Shown: positions 50,556 to 62,550, counted from the first letter of the stretch. The stretch: 64,000 nt of DNA from Candidatus Moraniibacteriota bacterium (GCA_963778555.1 CAVZUR010000005.1:161756-225755); one strand, 5' to 3'. Translations and numbers: made by a program. The notes: generated by a model from the sequence alone, not told the origin.

Positions 50556-51308
50556 ATGATTGCAACCGTGTACATTTACACATTTTGGAAGCATCTTACT
50601 TGTGAGTGTGCTTTCGTTGACGGGGATCGCTCTCCTTTCATTCCGAGAAGAGATATTCCGGAAATATATTCCTGTGTTTATCAGCGCAGCCGTTGGTGCA
50701 CTCCTTGGCGACGCGTTCATTCATCTCATCCCGGAAGCTGTTGCGAATGGCGGGAATCCAAGTACTGTCGGCCTGCTCATCATTTCCGGCATCCTTTCAT
50801 TCTTCATTTTGGAGAAATTTCTTCACTGGCATCATCATGGCGAAGATGCTGAGGATGCGGGAATTCATCCGGTCGGCAAGCTGATACTGGTCTCGGATGG
50901 TGTTCATAATTTTCTTGATGGTGTCATTATTGCAGCGAGCTTTCAGTGAGTCTCCCGATCGGATTAGCGACGACGCTCGCTGTCGTTCTTCACGAGATTC
51001 CCCAAGAAGTCGGTGATTTCGCAGTCCTTCTGCACTCAGGTTATAGCAAAAAAAGAGCGCTGACCCTCAACTTTCTTTCCGCGCTGTGCGCTCTCTTTGG
51101 AGCAGTCGCATTCTTTGTGATTGGCGAGTTGGCCGCTCCACTCACCGCCCTTTTCGTTCCTTTGACCGCAGGTGGATTCATCTATATCGCGGTCGCCGAT
51201 CTCATCCCTGAATTGCACAAGACAACGCAGGGAAAAGACTCAGTCTATCAGTTAGCGGCTGTTTTGGCGGGCATCGCAGCGATGGCGGGGCTAGCTTTTC
51301 TTGGATAG
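50556..51308 (+). CDS. ZIP family metal transporter, frameshifts near 50585 and 50945
   Basis: HLIPEA, HWHHH, DGVHNFLDG, HEIPQEVGDF and DLIPELH motifs. Confidence 0.92.
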
Positions 51309-51599
51309 CCAGCAGAAGAGGGCGTCGCTCACTGTTGGCCGGTAGATTCATCGGAGTGTACTATCAATCATCTATCTGGAAGTGGTTGATACTTAACTGA
51401 CAGGGGCGTAAAACCACAATTAATAGCATAAATAAAGCATTATTTTGAATCGAGTATTTAATCTGGTATTGACAGAATAGCAATTTCCCTCTATACTGCG
51501 CGCAAACAAACGGCATTACACAGAGTCAAATCAGCGTAATGCTTTTTGTTTTCCGTCAGATTTTTAACAACTTTTCGACAAACGCAAAGGAGAACGTGC

Positions 51600-52085
51600 A
51601 TGCTGTTTCATGATCAGTTGCCCGCCCATATCATGTGGACGGGCTATCCTCTCAAGCGAGGCGTTCGGCTCGGGCTCAAGGTCGTGCTGGTTCCCTGCAG
51701 CGCGATCGGCCATTCTCAGAACTACCGGGAACTCGAAATACACTTTTTCATTCCCGGTCACGGCGTGATGAAGGCCGAAAGCGGAATGACGCTCGAGCTC
51801 GAGGCCTTCGGCATCGACGGCACCCGGCGCGACCTGGCCGGCGAGCTCGATCAGGTCGGCAAGTTCATCCGCGGCTTTGAGGCTCGTTTCGACGGCGCGC
51901 GCAATGTCGATATTCGGCTGGTCTTCAGCGACAGCCGCATCGAGCCGATGCGCTGGATGTTCCGGCCGGTACAGGGCTTGAATCGCGTGATGGTTTTCGC
52001 CGAGGACGTCCCGTTGCGGGATGGACAGCCCTGGTGGACGGATCGGCCGCTTTTCGAAGGTGGCCAACAGCCAGCGGCAGCCTGA
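51600..52085 (+). CDS. Hypothetical protein in a self-contained cassette
   Basis: TTGACA-17-TATACT (51469-51497), 5' hairpin, AAAGGAG SD, GC3-rich codons, terminator at about 52110-52152. Confidence 0.72.
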   Translation: MLFHDQLPAHIMWTGYPLKRGVRLGLKVVLVPCSAIGHSQNYRELEIHFFIPGHGVMKAESGMTLELEAFGIDGTRRDLAGELDQVGKFIRGFEARFDGARNVDIRLVFSDSRIEPMRWMFRPVQGLNRVMVFAEDVPLRDGQPWWTDRPLFEGGQQPAAA

Positions 52086-52168
52086 TCCCTCAGGCGAAAA
52101 GCCGTTCCAAACGGCGGGTAGCACTTTATTTGCTCCCGCCGCTTTCTTTTTTCAGAAAATTGAGCTGC

Positions 52169-52243
52169 TTATTTCTTCTCTCCGAGCTTGTGTGGATTGT
52201 GATTCGGGCAGGTTTTGTCGCTGCAGCGTTCGGGAATAGTTTT
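52169..52243 (-). pseudogene. Displaced second copy of the topA 3' end
   Basis: Encodes [24 protein letters not shown], versus top[23 protein letters not shown]. Confidence 0.9.
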
Positions 52244-52376
52244 CGGTCACAGATAATCCATCCGTCGTCACGGCTGGATTTCCGCGACCCCGACTCGCGG
52301 TTTCGTCTGCTAACGAAACATCGCTCCGTCTCACGAAAACGACTACCCATGCAAAGCAGTTTGCATGGGTCTTTGG

Positions 52377-54592
52377 TTAAGTCTTTAGTTTCTGAGGGTT
52401 ATGGTTGGGGCAGGTTTTATCCGAACAGCGCTCGGGTATGGTTTTCGTGCCTTCCATCAGGAGCGCGCCGCAGACCTTTCCCTCTCGGTCTTCACGCTTA
52501 TAGGCGCAGAGCGCTCCCGTCGGTTTGGCTTTGATGGCGTGCTTGCAGTCGGGATAATTGGAGCAGCTGTAGAAGATGCCGAAACGGCCGCGCCGTTCGG
52601 CCATCTCGCCCTTCTGACAGACCGGGCATTTCACGCCGGTGGTGACGAGATTGGCTGGATCGTCTTTTTTCACGTACTTGCATTTCGGATAATTGTTGCA
52701 GGCGACGAACTTTCCGAAACGGCCTTCGCGCTCGACGAGTTCGCCCTTCTCGCAACTGGGGCATTTTTCGCCGGTGGCTTTTGGGCCTTCCACCACTTTT
52801 CCCTCAAGTGTGAGGGCGCCGGTGCACTCCGGAAAGCGGCTGCAGCTGTAAGAACTTTCCCGTTCGGCCGAGCTTGATGATCATCTCGCTCTGACAGACC
52901 GGGCAGCGCATTTCGGCTGGCGCCGCGCCGAGATTCGACATCTTCTCGAGCTTGTCCTTGCTCTTCACAGCCTTGGAGAACGGACCATAGAAGTCTTTGA
53001 GCGTCTTGCCGTACTCCCGGGTACCGAGTGCGATTTCGTCGAGCTGGTCTTCCATGTCAGCAGTAAAGGCGTCGGAGAGGATCTCGGCGAAATGAAGCGA
53101 GAGGAAATCGTCGACGACTTCGCCGGTTTCGGTGGCGATAAGCGTCCGGCCCTCTTTCTCGACGTAGCCGCGCGTCTGGATGGTCTGAATGATCGAGGCA
53201 TAGGTCGAGGGACGGCCAATACCGCGTTTCTCGAGTTCTTTCACGAGTCCGGCTTCGGTATAGCGTTTCGGTGGCTCCGTCCATTTTTCTTCGCTGGTCG
53301 AGCGTCTGGAGCGTCAGCGTTTCACCGACGGTGACTTTCGGGAGTTCGGTATCTTCGCCGCGGGCAGCGGTATCTTCGCGCGAGCCAACCGGGGAATATG
53401 ACGATGGAGCCGGTCGTCGCGAACACCGGAACGGCAGTATCGCTCGCGCGCGCGGTAATCTTGGTACGGAGGATTTCAGCGTCCGCCATCTGCGAAGCGA
53501 TCGTTCGGGTGCGGATGAGCGCGTAGAGATTTTTTTCCTCATCGGTCCGGCCATAGATCTTGGCATCGATATGCGTCGGTCGGATCGCTTCGTGGGCTTC
53601 CTGGGCATTCTTACTTTTCGTCTTGAACGTACGCGGCAGGACGGAGCGTTTTCCATGCGTCTGTTCGATGAGGGTGAGAATGTGCCGGACCGCTTCCTGG
53701 TTCAGGTTCATCGAGTCGGTACGCATATAGGTGATATGGCCCGCTTCGTAGAGTTTCTGAGCGACCTTCATCGTGCGGCTCGGCGCGAATCCGAGGCGTG
53801 AGCTGGCGGCCTGCTGCAGGGTGGACGTCGTAAAGGGCGCATAGGGACTGCGTTTGGCGGGCGTCTCCTTCACATCTTCGATCACCCATGTTGATTTCTT
53901 CCCGCGAGTGACGATCGATGCCGCCTCGTTTTCGAGCGGCGGTCTCATCGGCTTTGGGCCGAGGTTCGGTCGTGTGGGTGAGCGTCAGGGTTTCATGGAG
54001 GGCATTCGTAAAACTGCCAGTGAACTGAAAGAATATCTGCGGAATGAACGCGCGGATCTCTTTCTCACGCTGGACGAGAATATGGAGCGCGGGGGACTGG
54101 ACGCGGCCGGCCGAGAGGCCGTAGCGGAGCTTCTTCCAGATGAGGCCGGAGAGATCATAGCCGACGAGTCGGTCGAGCACGCGGCGCGCTTCCTGGGCCT
54201 TGCGGAGATTCTCGTCGAGCGGCCGAGGATGGGCGATGGCCTCTTTCACGGCCGCCGGCGTGATCTCATAGAACAGCACCCGTGCGGGTTTTTTCAGTCC
54301 GCAGGTAACGGCCAGATGCCAAGCGATCGCTTCGCCCTCGCGGTCGGGGTCGGTGGCGAGGAGGACGACAGAGCTTTTCTTGGCGAGTTTTTTGATGGAT
54401 TCGACGACGGCTTCTTTGCCGGGCGAGATGACATAGTTCGGCGACGAAGCCGCCCTTGATATCGATGGCGGACTTGTTGCTTTTGGGGAGATCGCGGATA
54501 TGACCGATAGAGGCGACGACTTTGTATTCGCCGTCCAGATACTTTTCAATCGTTTTCGCTTTGGAAGGGGATTCGACGATGAGGAGTTTCAT
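52377..54592 (-). CDS. topA: DNA topoisomerase I, multiple apparent frameshifts
   Basis: [44 protein letters not shown] and C4 zinc ribbons across successive ORFs. Confidence 0.95.
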
Positions 54593-54604
54593 GTGATGAG
54601 GTGT

Positions 54605-55689
54605 TTAGCGTCCGCGGGTATAATGCATGTTCCCGATGTTTTTTACAAGTCCGCGGAGCTCGAGCCTCGTGAGGATCATGTGCACCTGCATCGTCTCCAG
54701 TCTAACGGAGCGATGAGGTTGTCAATGTGGAGGCCTTCATGGGAAAGCGCCTGGTAGATCCGATTCTCGTCGGGATCGAGATCGATAGGCATTGCTTCCA
54801 CCCAACCCATTACTGGTTTTCCGGGCGCCAGCTCTTCGAGAATATCCTGGACTCCCGTGACGAGCCGGGCACCGTCTTTGAGGAGCCGGTGCGTACCAAT
54901 CGAGGTCGGGGAGAAGATTGATCCCGGTACGGCAAACACCTCTCGGTTATAGTCGAGGGCGAGCCGGGCGGTGATGAGACTGCCGGAATCTTCGGCCGCT
55001 TCGATGACGATGACGCCCTGGCACAGGCCGGCCATGATGCGGTTCCGGGCTGGAAAGGTACCGACGGTCGCGTTGGCGCCAGGCGCGAGCTCGGAGAGGA
55101 GCGCACCATGTCCCATAATTTCCTGCGCTAATCGGAGATGCGATTGTGGCGAGATACTCCGGTCATCGATCCCGCTGCCAAGAATCGCCAGGGTCGTTCC
55201 ATCGGCTTCGAGCGTTGCTTCATGGGCGATGCTATCGATCCCGAAAGCGAGACCAGTGACTATCACATAACCAGCTTGGGAAAGCGCGCGGGTGAGTTCG
55301 GTTGCGACCTGTTTGCCATAGCTCGTGAATTTCCTTGACCCGACGATAGCGAGGAGGGGGCGCTCATTCCATTCACGGAAACTACCTCGTACATATAAGA
55401 GCGCTGGTGGATCGGGAATCTCAGTGAGGAGTGCCGGAAAAAGGGTCCCAGTGAAGGGAAAAACTTCGATACTGCTCTTGGCGAGTTTCTCAGATTCAGC
55501 CCCCGGATCGAGACTCTTTCGGCTGAGAGCCATCGCCATGAGTCGTGGTTGACCGAGGGCCTCCCAGCCGCTGTCCGGCGCTTCCCAGGCGGCTTGGGCC
55601 GAACCGAAAGTACCGACCAGCAGGCGAATAGTTTTGGCGCCGCAGCCCGGGAGGCAGTTCAGGAGGTGGAAGGCAAGGGATTCATTCAT
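54605..55689 (-). CDS. dprA: DNA-processing protein DprA, frameshift near C-terminus
   Basis: AIVGSR, GLAFGID, FPARNRI, SGSLITA and REVFAVPG motifs; upstream of topA. Confidence 0.95.
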
Positions 55690-55818
55690 ATATAAGTGAG
55701 CCATTCTAGATGAAGGCTGGCTTTGAAGCAAGTTGGGCGATCCTTGCTCTTTTTTCATGCGGTTGCTATACAAAGAACGCTGGGATTTCCAGAGCAACTT
55801 GAAAGATTGGAGTGGCAC

Positions 55819-56984
55819 ATGACGACAGTTTCGGTTGGTGATAAGTACGCTCAGGACGGGGTGAACATCTCCGCCGGCGATGCCTTCAGCGCCTTTGTCG
55901 GCGGCATCTGCCGCGAGAGCTACGGCAACTCTCCGTATGTCCAAGTGACGGACCTCTCTCGAGGCGCTTTCCGCGGTCCGCGCGGATTCAATTTCCAGGG
56001 TCTGCCCGAGGGCTACATGATCGCAGGGGCGATGGACGGCGTCGGCACCAAAGTGGTGCTCATCGACGCGGCGAGGACGTTCGGCGAGGCGGCGCAAGAC
56101 GTCATCGCCATGACAGCGATGGACATCACGCGCTACGGCGGGTTTCCCCTCGTCTTCATGAACATCTTCGACGTCAATTCGCTCGGCGCGCCCGGGTCGG
56201 AGACATTCGAGCATTGCCGACTCATCATGTCCGGTCTGGGGACGCTGGCGAAGCAGCACGGCTACGTGATTCTGACAGGTGAGACGGCCGAACTCGGCCT
56301 CTGCGTCGGGTCCGAAAACCGCGATGCCTCGGTGATGTTCAACTGGGGCGGCGCGATGATCGGCGCCTATCACTCCGAGAAGATGATTCTCGGCGATACG
56401 CTCGCTCCCGGCCAGGCTGTCATCGCGCTTGCCGACGGATTCCGGAGCAACGGCATCAGTTCGGTCCGCAAGGCACTCCGCCATCGGTACGGAGCCGAAT
56501 GGTGGGCGTCCAGCAAGATGCTCAGGCGAGAGAGGATGTCCGGGCTTGCGCCGCGCCGTCGACTCAATACGACCGATTCCTCAATCGGATGCACGGCTGG
56601 CTTTCGCCCGAAACGGACTATGAGCCGCTGGTGCGCATGCACGGCATCGTGCACCTTTCCGGCGGCGCCTTCGAGTCGAAACTCGGACATGACTTGCTTG
56701 CCCCGCACGGCCTCTCGGCGCGGCTCGATACGCTCTTCGAGCCGCCGCTCGTCATGCGCCAGTGCGCCGTTTGGCGCGAGCTCTCCGCCGAGGAGTGCTA
56801 CCGGACTTGGAACGGCGGGCAGGGTGCGCTTGTAATCGTCGAAGCAGCGGATGCGTGCGTATTCCTCCGAGCGGCACGGGAACACGGAATCCGGGCCAAG
56901 GTTGCGGGGAAGACTCTTCCGCAGCAGGAATACCGCGTCGCGCTCCGTTCCCAGTTCGGCAGCCAGTGGATCAGCTACAACTGA
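55819..56984 (+). CDS. Divergent PurM-like AIR synthase family protein, frameshift near 56510
   Basis: YAQDGVNI, DGVGTK, GETAE, GFRSNG, HLSGG and YRTWNGGQG motifs. Confidence 0.85.
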
Positions 56985-57065
56985 ACTCCATGTCGGTCAA
57001 TGCACTGGCTTCCGAGCCCGGTCATCGCAAGATGGCTGGGCTGTTATTTTGATATACTGGAAGCC

Positions 57066-57534
57066 ATGAAAGCGACGAAACACTACTGGCTCATGAAGAG
57101 CGAACCGGGCGAATATTCAATCGATGATTTGACGCGCGACAGAGCAGGCACCATGGGTGGGCGTGCGCAATTATCAGGCGCGGAATTTCATGCGTGATGG
57201 GATGCGAGTAGGTGACGGCGTGCTCTTCTATCACTCCAGCTGTCCGGAACCGGGCGTGGCCGGTCTGGCCGAAGTGGCGAGCGCTCCGTATCCCGATACA
57301 ACGCAGTTTGACTCCAAAAGCCATTATTATGATCCGAAAGCGACGCAAAACACCCCGCGCTGGATATTGGTGGACATAAAATTCTCCATGCGCTTCGAGA
57401 ACATCATTCCGCTCATAGCACTCCGTCGAGAGAAAAACCTGCAGAACCTGTTCATTCTCCGTCCGGGTAACCGCCTCTCGGTCACGCCGGTGACAAAGCG
57501 GGAATACGAAACAATCGTTTTGATGGCGCGCTAG
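57066..57534 (+). CDS. EVE domain protein, frameshift near 57150
   Basis: YWLMKSEP, GVRNYQARNFMR, FYHS and RLSVTPV motifs. Confidence 0.92.
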
Positions 57535-58547
57535 CTGGAGACGATATTTTGGCACGTGCCGTCGACAAAACAAGCGATATTGTCGATCGTCGTCCCGAGG
57601 ATGCGGTGCAGCGCCTCGTCCGAGTAGAAAGCAATATGCGGCGTATAGACGACATTGTCGCGGCTTAAGAGATTGTGGTCTTTCATGAGTTCCGAAACGT
57701 CTTCATAGATCTTGGCGCCAGAAAGGAGCTCGTTCTCCTCTTTGATGAGGTGCTCGCCCTCCAGGACGTCAAGCCCGGCACCGGAGAGCGTACCTCGGTC
57801 GAGCGCTTGAATAAGCGCGTCATTGTCGACCAGCTCGCCCCGGGCGGTATTGATGAGGATAGCGCCGCGTTTCATCTTGGCGACCGCGTGTTCGTCGATG
57901 AGATGATGCGTTTTTTCATTGTACGGCGTGTGGAGCGTGATGATATCGGACCGGGCGAGCAGCGTGTCGAGCGGCACGTAGTCGAAATCGAGTACGTCCG
58001 AGAGGAACCGGTTTTCAAAGGCATCATACGCCAGGACACGCATGCTGAAGCCGCGCGCGATCTTGATGACGTGGAGTCCGATCCGGCCGGCGCCGATGAT
58101 ACCGATAGTCTTATCCTTCAAATCAAAACCCTTCAGTCCGTCGATTGAGAAATCATTGTTCAGCCGGCGCATATGGGACTTGTGGACATTGCGCGACAAC
58201 GCCAGGATGAGCGCAAACGTATGTTCAGCGACGGTATGTTCGCCGTAGGAGGGGACATTGGAAACGGCAATTCCTTTCGCTTTTGCCGCTTTGATATCGA
58301 TGTGGTCGAAGCCCGTCGAGCGGGTCGCGATGAGACGGAGGTTCGGTAACCCGTCGATGATTTCCTGGCCCACGTGGCTATAGATGAAGACAGAGAGTGC
58401 CTCACAGTCCTTGATTGCCGGGAGGTCGGAAGCCTGGAGCGGTTTGTCGGAAAAAAAGAGCTTATGACCGAGGAAGGCCTCCTCGAGAAGTGGACGTTCC
58501 CACGCTTGAATCTCAAAAAAAGCGATGCGCATAGACGTTCGTTTCAT
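57531..58547 (-). CDS. D-isomer-specific 2-hydroxyacid dehydrogenase (D-LDH-like)
   Basis: RSTGFDHID, GAGRIG, INTARG and TPHIAFYS motifs. Confidence 0.93.
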   Translation of the reverse strand: MKRTSMRIAFFEIQAWERPLLEEAFLGHKLFFSDKPLQASDLPAIKDCEALSVFIYSHVGQEIIDGLPNLRLIATRSTGFDHIDIKAAKAKGIAVSNVPSYGEHTVAEHTFALILALSRNVHKSHMRRLNNDFSIDGLKGFDLKDKTIGIIGAGRIGLHVIKIARGFSMRVLAYDAFENRFLSDVLDFDYVPLDTLLARSDIITLHTPYNEKTHHLIDEHAVAKMKRGAILINTARGELVDNDALIQALDRGTLSGAGLDVLEGEHLIKEENELLSGAKIYEDVSELMKDHNLLSRDNVVYTPHIAFYSDEALHRILGTTIDNIACFVDGTCQNIVSS

Positions 58548-58608
58548 GGATTGACAATGCTATTATACAGGCTGAAACAGCAATGGCGAATTCTTGTCCC
58601 CACACAGT

Positions 58609-59667
58609 ATGAGCACACCAGACACAAACCCCACTCCACCAGCTGCCGCCGGGACGGGGAGTATTCTGCTCACAGATGAGTCGGGGGTCGCAGTCTATGC
58701 CAATGAGGGCATTGCACGACGGACGGGATTTTCCGTCGGTGAGATTGTTGATTCGAAGCCGGGAAAGCTCTGGGGTGGGCGTATGCCCCGAAGTTTTTAC
58801 CAAGGGATGTGGCAAGCGCTTCGGCAGGAGCAGTCGACCTTTGTCAGTACCGTCACCAATCAGTCGAAGGAAGGCAAGCCGTATCAAGAGCTGCTGGCGG
58901 TAGCGCCGCTCGAGGGGATGGATGGTTCTATTCGGTATCTGGCGCTCCGTCCGTCCCGGCCCGAAGACGGTTCTCAGTTTATCAGCGAATGGCAACGAGT
59001 TTTCAATCGTCGTCAGCTTCCCACGAATGTCGCATTGCCTTGGCTGCGTCGCTGGTTTCCGGCGGAGACAGAGGGTGTGGCACGTTCGGCAAAAGGACTT
59101 TTTTCCGATTGGGCGGTACAGCACTGGGTGCAGGCGCTCCGTGACCGATTCCGCCGCCGGATCGATGATCGGCAGCTCATCGAAGCAGCTCAGCACGACC
59201 CGCAAGCGTTTCAAGTACTCTACGAAAAATATTTTGAGACCATTGAACGCTATTTCACGCGGCATCTTTCAGGTAATCATGATCAAGTGCTCGATTTGAC
59301 CCAGGATACATTCATTCGGGCTTTTGAACGGCTTGAGGGCTATGAAACGCGGAATGCGGCGTATGGAACCTATCTCCTGCGGATTGCCCATAGCGTACTC
59401 TTGAACTCTTTCCGCCGCCGCTCCATGTTGGAGCTTTCGCCTGAGCAGGCCGCCCCGCTGACACAGGAAGCAGCATCAGTCGAGTTGAATTGGATCTGGG
59501 AGACGCCTGAGCTGAGCGATCGCGAGCGGGTCGTCCTCTCGGCCTATTATCGCGAGGGGTACTCGGTCCGTGAGATTAGTCTCTATCTCGGTCATTCAGA
59601 AAACGCGACCAAATTGCTCCTGTCGCGTGCCAGAAAGAAACTGCGTCCGCTGTTCTCTAGTAGCTGA
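58609..59667 (+). CDS. PAS domain fused to ECF-type sigma-70 factor
   Basis: N-terminal PAS (LLTDESG..VYAN, TGFS..EI, FYQGMWQAL); sigma2 (DLTQDTFIRAF, YLLRIA) and sigma4 (YSVREIS, LSRARKKL). Confidence 0.82.
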   Translation: MSTPDTNPTPPAAAGTGSILLTDESGVAVYANEGIARRTGFSVGEIVDSKPGKLWGGRMPRSFYQGMWQALRQEQSTFVSTVTNQSKEGKPYQELLAVAPLEGMDGSIRYLALRPSRPEDGSQFISEWQRVFNRRQLPTNVALPWLRRWFPAETEGVARSAKGLFSDWAVQHWVQALRDRFRRRIDDRQLIEAAQHDPQAFQVLYEKYFETIERYFTRHLSGNHDQVLDLTQDTFIRAFERLEGYETRNAAYGTYLLRIAHSVLLNSFRRRSMLELSPEQAAPLTQEAASVELNWIWETPELSDRERVVLSAYYREGYSVREISLYLGHSENATKLLLSRARKKLRPLFSSS

Positions 59668-59773
59668 GAGATAATATATATACCATAGGTTGTTTAGATA
59701 GGTGTCACATGACACCTTTTGTCGTTTGGGGTGTTTAGGAGAGTAGACACTAAAAATAATTGACTGTCTCTCT

Positions 59774-60379
59774 ATGCTCGCTGCCCGCTTGAAAACCATT
59801 GTTCTGCCGGTGGCGTTTGGGGTGTTGCTCGGCATCAGCGCCGTCCATTTCAGTGAGCGGCCAGTAACCATTACCAATGCTGACCGGATCCGCGCGTACT
59901 ATGAGACGGAAAATGCTGTCATTGTGAGTCCCCATAGCCTTCGGAAGCGAATGGACAAAGCGGATACCAGCTTCATTCTTGTCGACCTCCGTAGCGCAGC
60001 GGAATACGAGCGGGAGCATATCGCTGGCGCGGTGAGCATCCCAGCCTACTCGGATCCCGATACAAGCGCGTATGACGATGTGGAGCGCATTCTTGGGGCC
60101 TTCCGAGCGTTACCGCCAGGCAAAGAGACCATCGTCTACTGCTATAGCCGGCCCTGCATGACGGGGCGCAAGATTGGACTGATGCTCTCGGAGAACGGCA
60201 TTTTTGTGAAGCATCTCGGCATCGGTTGGAATGAATGGCGTCATGACTGGACGGGCTGGAATCATGAGCATGAATGGGCACTGACGCGGCCTGAGGACTA
60301 TGTCGTGAGCGGCCCCGAGCCGGGGGTGACAAAAAATGCGACGCCCTCTGACCGGTGCGCGGGGCCGTTCGGCTGCTAA
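59774..60379 (+). CDS. Exported rhodanese-like domain protein
   Basis: N-terminal TM; LVDLRS..EY..EHIAGAVSIP and IVYCY motifs. Confidence 0.85.
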   Translation: MLAARLKTIVLPVAFGVLLGISAVHFSERPVTITNADRIRAYYETENAVIVSPHSLRKRMDKADTSFILVDLRSAAEYEREHIAGAVSIPAYSDPDTSAYDDVERILGAFRALPPGKETIVYCYSRPCMTGRKIGLMLSENGIFVKHLGIGWNEWRHDWTGWNHEHEWALTRPEDYVVSGPEPGVTKNATPSDRCAGPFGC

Positions 60380-60395
60380 TAAAAAAATAAAAACT

Positions 60396-62486
60396 ATGCC
60401 CCTCTATAAGATTCAGAAACGTAATGGTGCTATCGTTGATTTTGAGCTGAAAAAAATTGAGACAGCGGTTGGCAAAGCAATTGCGGCCGTGAGGACAGCT
60501 GATCCGGAGCGGGCCCGCGTCTTGGCCGTGGACGCAGCGGCGCTGTGTGATGAACGTTTCGGCGAGCGCATTCCGAGCGTCGAAGATATTCAGGATATCG
60601 TCGAGGAAACACTCATCCAGTATGACTATGCCGATGTGGCCAAGGCCTATATCCTCTATCGCGAGAAACGGCGCGAGGTGCGCGAGGAGCGAAATGTTGT
60701 CGTCCAGGTAGAGAAGGCGGTGACGGAATACCTCGAAGAAGCTCGACTGGCGCGTCAACGCCAATTCGAATCAGGGCTATTCGCTCGGCGGGATGATTCT
60801 GAACACGGCCGGCAGCGTCATCGCGAACTACTGGCTCTCGCATATCTATCCGAAAGCAGTTGGTGATGCCCATCGCAATGGCGACTACCATATCCATGAT
60901 CTCGATATGTTTTCCGGCTACTGTGCGGGCTGGAGCCTGCGCGTCCTCCTGGAGGAGGGGTTCAACGGCGTGCCGAACAAGGTCGAGTCCGCGACCGCCG
61001 AAACATCTGCATCGGCCGTGTCGCAGATGGTGAATTTTCTCGGGACGCTGCAGAACGAGTGGGCGGGAGCGCAGGCGTTCTCGAGCTTTGATACCTATCT
61101 GGCGCCGTTCGTGAAGAAATATGAGATTGGAACTCACGGGCCGATATCGAGGAGGTACGGGATGCAGTTCGCGTAGAGCGAGGCCGCGAAAGAGCGAACT
61201 ATGTCGCCGACAAGGACTACGACTATGTCTATCAGAATATGCAGTCATTCGTCTTCAATCTGAATATCCCGTCGCGCTGGGGGACGCAGACGCCGTTCAC
61301 GAATATCACTCTCGATTGGGACTGCCCGGCGGATATGCCGAGAAGTGGCTGATTCTTGGCGGCGAGCCGTTCGCGTACACATTTGGCGAACTGCAGCGCA
61401 GAAATGGATATCATCAATCGCGCGTTCATCGAAGTGATGTCGAAGGGGGATGCCAAAGGCCGTACATTCACCTTTCCCATCCCGACATACAATGTGACCA
61501 AGGATTTCAAATGGGACGATCCGAAGAATCTGCCGCTCTTCGAGATGACTGCCAAGTATGGCACGCCGTATTTCCAGAACTTCATCAATTCCGACCTCAA
61601 TCCGAGCGATGTGCGCTCGATGTGCTGCCGGCTGCAACTTGATCTGCGCGAACTGCGCAAACGCGGCGGGGGATTGTTCGGCTCGGCCGAGATGACCGGA
61701 TCGATCGGCGTCGTGACCTCAATGCCGCGCGCATCGGCTATCTCGCCCGAGGCGACAAGGAAAAGTTTTTCAAGCCGGATCGGGCACCTGATGGAGCTCG
61801 CCAAGACATCGCTCGAGATCAAGCGTAGAGGAAATCCAGAAGTGGATCGATCGCCGGACTGTTCCCGTACACCAAGCGCTACCTCGGTTATCTGAAGAAT
61901 CATTTTTCGACGATCGGTATCAACGGCTATGAACGAGGCGATTCGGAATTTCACTGATGACCGGGAGAATATCACGACAGAAGAAGGGCACAGGCATTCG
62001 CCGCAAGAGATTCTCGACTTTATGCGCGAGAAAGATCAAGGATTATCAGGAGGAGACGGGAAATTTCTACAATCTCGAAGCCACGCCGGCCGAAGGCACG
62101 ACGTATCGTTTCGCCAAGGAGGACCGCAAGCGATTTCCGGAGATCCTCCAGGCCGGTACCGCGGAAGCGCCGTACTATACGAATTCATCGCAGATCCCGG
62201 TCGGGTATACGGACGACGTGTTCGAAGTGCTCGAGCTGCAGGATGCGTCTCCAGACGAAGTATACCGGCGGGACGGTGCTCCACTGCTACATGAATGAGA
62301 CAGGTGAGCTCGGGACAGGCGTGCCGCAATCTGGTGCGGAACATCCTTACCAATTTCCGTCTGCCATACATCACGATCACGCCGACATTCTCGATTTGTC
62401 CGAAGCACGGGTATCTCGCAGGGGAGTATGACTATTGTCCGAAGTGCGACAAGGAGCTCGGGATCGATGCGCGTTTCGCACTATGA
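60396..62486 (+). CDS. nrdD: Anaerobic ribonucleoside-triphosphate reductase (class III) with ATP cone, heavily frameshifted, 3' end approximate
   Basis: ATP cone, HIHDL, YCAGWS, NEWAGAQA, TFPIPT, SMCCRL, EATPAE, YTGGTV and CPKHGY..CPKC motifs across frames. Confidence 0.92.
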
Positions 62487-62550
62487 TGCCGAGCTCGCAA
62501 AACCTATGCGAGTCCTCACGCCGAAAAATAAAAAAATTAATTTAAAAAGT

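Noticed and set aside
54676-56484. 602-aa ORF suggesting a DprA fusion protein
   Set aside because: The N-terminal part is the antisense shadow of the purM-like gene; DprA begins at 55689
59672-59700. NrdR box upstream of the rhodanese-nrdDG genes
   Set aside because: Best match has about five mismatches to the consensus and no tandem second box is evident
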